The notes beneath the pieces were generated by a model. It saw only the letters and a list, made by a program, of their open reading frames with translations. It did not search any database and was not told the origin of the DNA. This document shows, piece after piece, positions 63,720 to 64,000 of a stretch of 64,000 nt of DNA. How positions within the stretch are numbered: the stretch's first letter is position 1; each line of letters opens with the position of its first letter. The position numbers were made by a program, and so were the translations under genes. Source of the DNA: Octopus bimaculoides (lineage: Eukaryota); the NCBI RefSeq assembly GCF_001194135.2, contig NC_068981.1, positions 166,044,780 to 166,108,779 on the forward strand, in the 5' to 3' direction.

Positions 63720-64000
63720 TTACATTTTCAAGTTTTTAGATAATTGTTTGGGGAGTTTGTCTTGTAAACCAAGACAATATATTAAATAAGTCATTGCTTT
63801 TAATGGTTCCTCAAATTCTTGCAATTTTTTCTTGCTAAGCAACCAGTCTGGACCAATCTTAGAAAGTACAGTATTTTCATAAAATGGGCAAGCGTCTTTA
63901 GCAGCTACTAGCCGAGCTCTCGTCACAATTCTAATTTCTTCTTGCTTGTATTTCCATACAGTCAATTTATGCAGTGACATGATTTTCTCCACAAATTTCT
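63720..64000 (-). CDS. Unidentified ORF, open to the window edge; possible terminal exon of a convergent gene
   Basis: At least 93 codons without a stop (KFVEKIMSLHKL...PFYENTVLSKIGPDW...LSKNLKM*), non-repetitive; followed by minus-strand U-rich sequence. No family recognised. Confidence 0.4.
   Translation of the reverse strand, partial: KFVEKIMSLHKLTVWKYKQEEIRIVTRARLVAAKDACPFYENTVLSKIGPDWLLSKKKLQEFEEPLKAMTYLIYCLGLQDKLPKQLSKNLKM

Overview
AT-rich, microsatellite- and SINE-rich animal genomic DNA with six short N gaps. The repeat families look like those of an octopod cephalopod (inference). The main feature is a + strand EVI5/EVI5-like gene. Nine GT-AG exons (22022-52730) splice into 446 codons covering the C-terminal coiled-coil region and an acidic tail. 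Every junction is phase 0. I found no Rab-GAP (TBC) exon in the 22 kb upstream. Instead the first ~5 kb is CpG-rich and starts with a candidate exon end (AAG|GTAAGT at 24/25), suggesting an internal promoter and a possible TBC-less isoform. Introns hold RTE and CR1 LINE remnants, at least three SINE families, mariner, maT, hAT and piggyBac-type elements, and a Helitron 3' end. Several of these form fold-back structures in the pre-mRNA. A probable ~6.7 kb 3' UTR follows the stop. An unidentified minus-strand ORF at the right edge may be the last exon of a convergent gene. Family names come from motif recall, not database searches; repeat boundaries are approximate.
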